64,000 bases of DNA from Amoebidium appalachense (taxonomy: Eukaryota; Protista; Ichthyosporea): NCBI GenBank assembly GCA_963693365.1, contig CAVNZM010000009.1:5834245-5898244 (forward strand), in the 5' to 3' direction. Of this stretch, positions 63,094-64,000 are shown piece by piece. Under the pieces are notes generated by a model. That model was not told the origin of the DNA. It searched no databases and saw only the letters and a list, made by a program, of their open reading frames with translations. The position numbers and the translations under genes are program-made. Position 1 is the stretch's first letter, and each line of letters starts with the position of its first letter.

Positions 63094-64000
63094 TCAATCC
63101 ACAATATCCGGCAAACAAAGTCGAGCACGATGGGTGACATGACTCGGGCCGGGGAGGGGTTTGGTGAGGATGTCAGCTAAGTTGTGGGCTGACTCAACGT
63201 AGTGGACAACCACATCCCCACTTGCAATGTAGTCCTTGGTGTTGTGATACCGGACGGCAATGTGTTTGGTACGGTCCTTGATGCCGGTGGAGTTGACGAT
63301 GGCAATGGTCGACTGGTTGTCACAGTACACCGGAGTCGGAGCAAGCATGGGGCAGCCGAGTTCCTTGAAGAGGTCACGGACCCAAGCAACTTCTTGGGTG
63401 CCAGCATTGAGAGCAATCAGCTCAGCTTCAGTGGTGCTGGTGGCCGTTATGGGCTGGAGCTTGGAGTACCAGATGATGGGCATACCAGCAAACTCGATGA
63501 TGTAGCCGGTGGTAGACTTCTTGCTGTCGGCACAACCAGCAAAGTCAGCATCCGTGTAGCATTCGAGTATGGGGGGCTGGGTGGCCGAGTACTTGTAGTC
63601 AATGCCAAGGTCAATGGTGCCGAGCAGGTACCGGGCCACACGACGGAGAAGGTCCCAGTGAGTCTTGCCGGGGTTGGTGCTGAACCGACCAACTTGAAGG
63701 AAGCCAATGGCATAGGCAATGTCGGGACGTGTGCACCGGGCCACCCAGAGGAGACGGCCGAGTAACTCACGGTAGGGCACGGTGAACGGGGGGGGGGGGG
63801 GCAGTCAGCCAGGGAGACGGTGGTGCCTGCAGGGATGGGGGTAGACTTGGACTTGGCATCGGTGAGGTTGAAGTCGTGGATGATATCCATGATGTAAGAC
63901 CTCTGGTGCATGTGGAGGTGATGGGGATCAGAGTGATTAAAATCAACACCGAGCATACGGTCAAATGGACTCATACGACAGCTGGCCATCTTGCTGATGT
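63094..64000 (-). mobile_element. pol: Ty1/copia pol, C-terminal RT and RNase H (runs off the window)
   Basis: MLGVDF...HQRSYI...STPIP, PYRELLGRLLW, TRPDIAYA, YTDADFAG, KSTTGY, STTEAE, CDNQSTI, RTKHIAVRYH, NLADILTKPL. One frameshift lies in the G run at about 63788-63801. Confidence 0.95.

Overview
Intron-rich eukaryotic genomic DNA, full of G/C homopolymers and (CA)n/(GA)n microsatellites. A unicellular holozoan such as an ichthyosporean is an inference from the DDX3 exon structure and the POLR1D-isoform-2 homolog. Most entries in the ORF track are repeat artefacts. From left to right: (1) a degenerate inverted duplication and a palindromic minisatellite (0.8-7 kb); (2) two tandem paralogs of an unidentified coiled-coil gene on the minus strand (7-15 kb); (3) a 7-exon DDX3/Ded1 DEAD-box helicase gene (minus); (4) a small stand-alone homolog of POLR1D isoform 2 (minus), head-to-head with (5) a 32-exon UBA1 ubiquitin E1 gene (plus); (6) a nested retroelement cluster (54-64 kb) containing a LINE, a TRIM-like mini LTR element with a half-tRNA primer site, a gypsy-like gag-protease and the 3' end of a Ty1/copia element. 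Three MITE-like elements sit in introns. The most unusual signal is a ~120-160 nt dispersed element found in about 11 intronic copies across three genes. It is always sense to the host transcript, its stems show compensatory changes, and intact 3' ends mostly carry a branch-point-like CATTCTAAC/CATTCAAAC followed by a C tract. All alignments and folds were done by eye.
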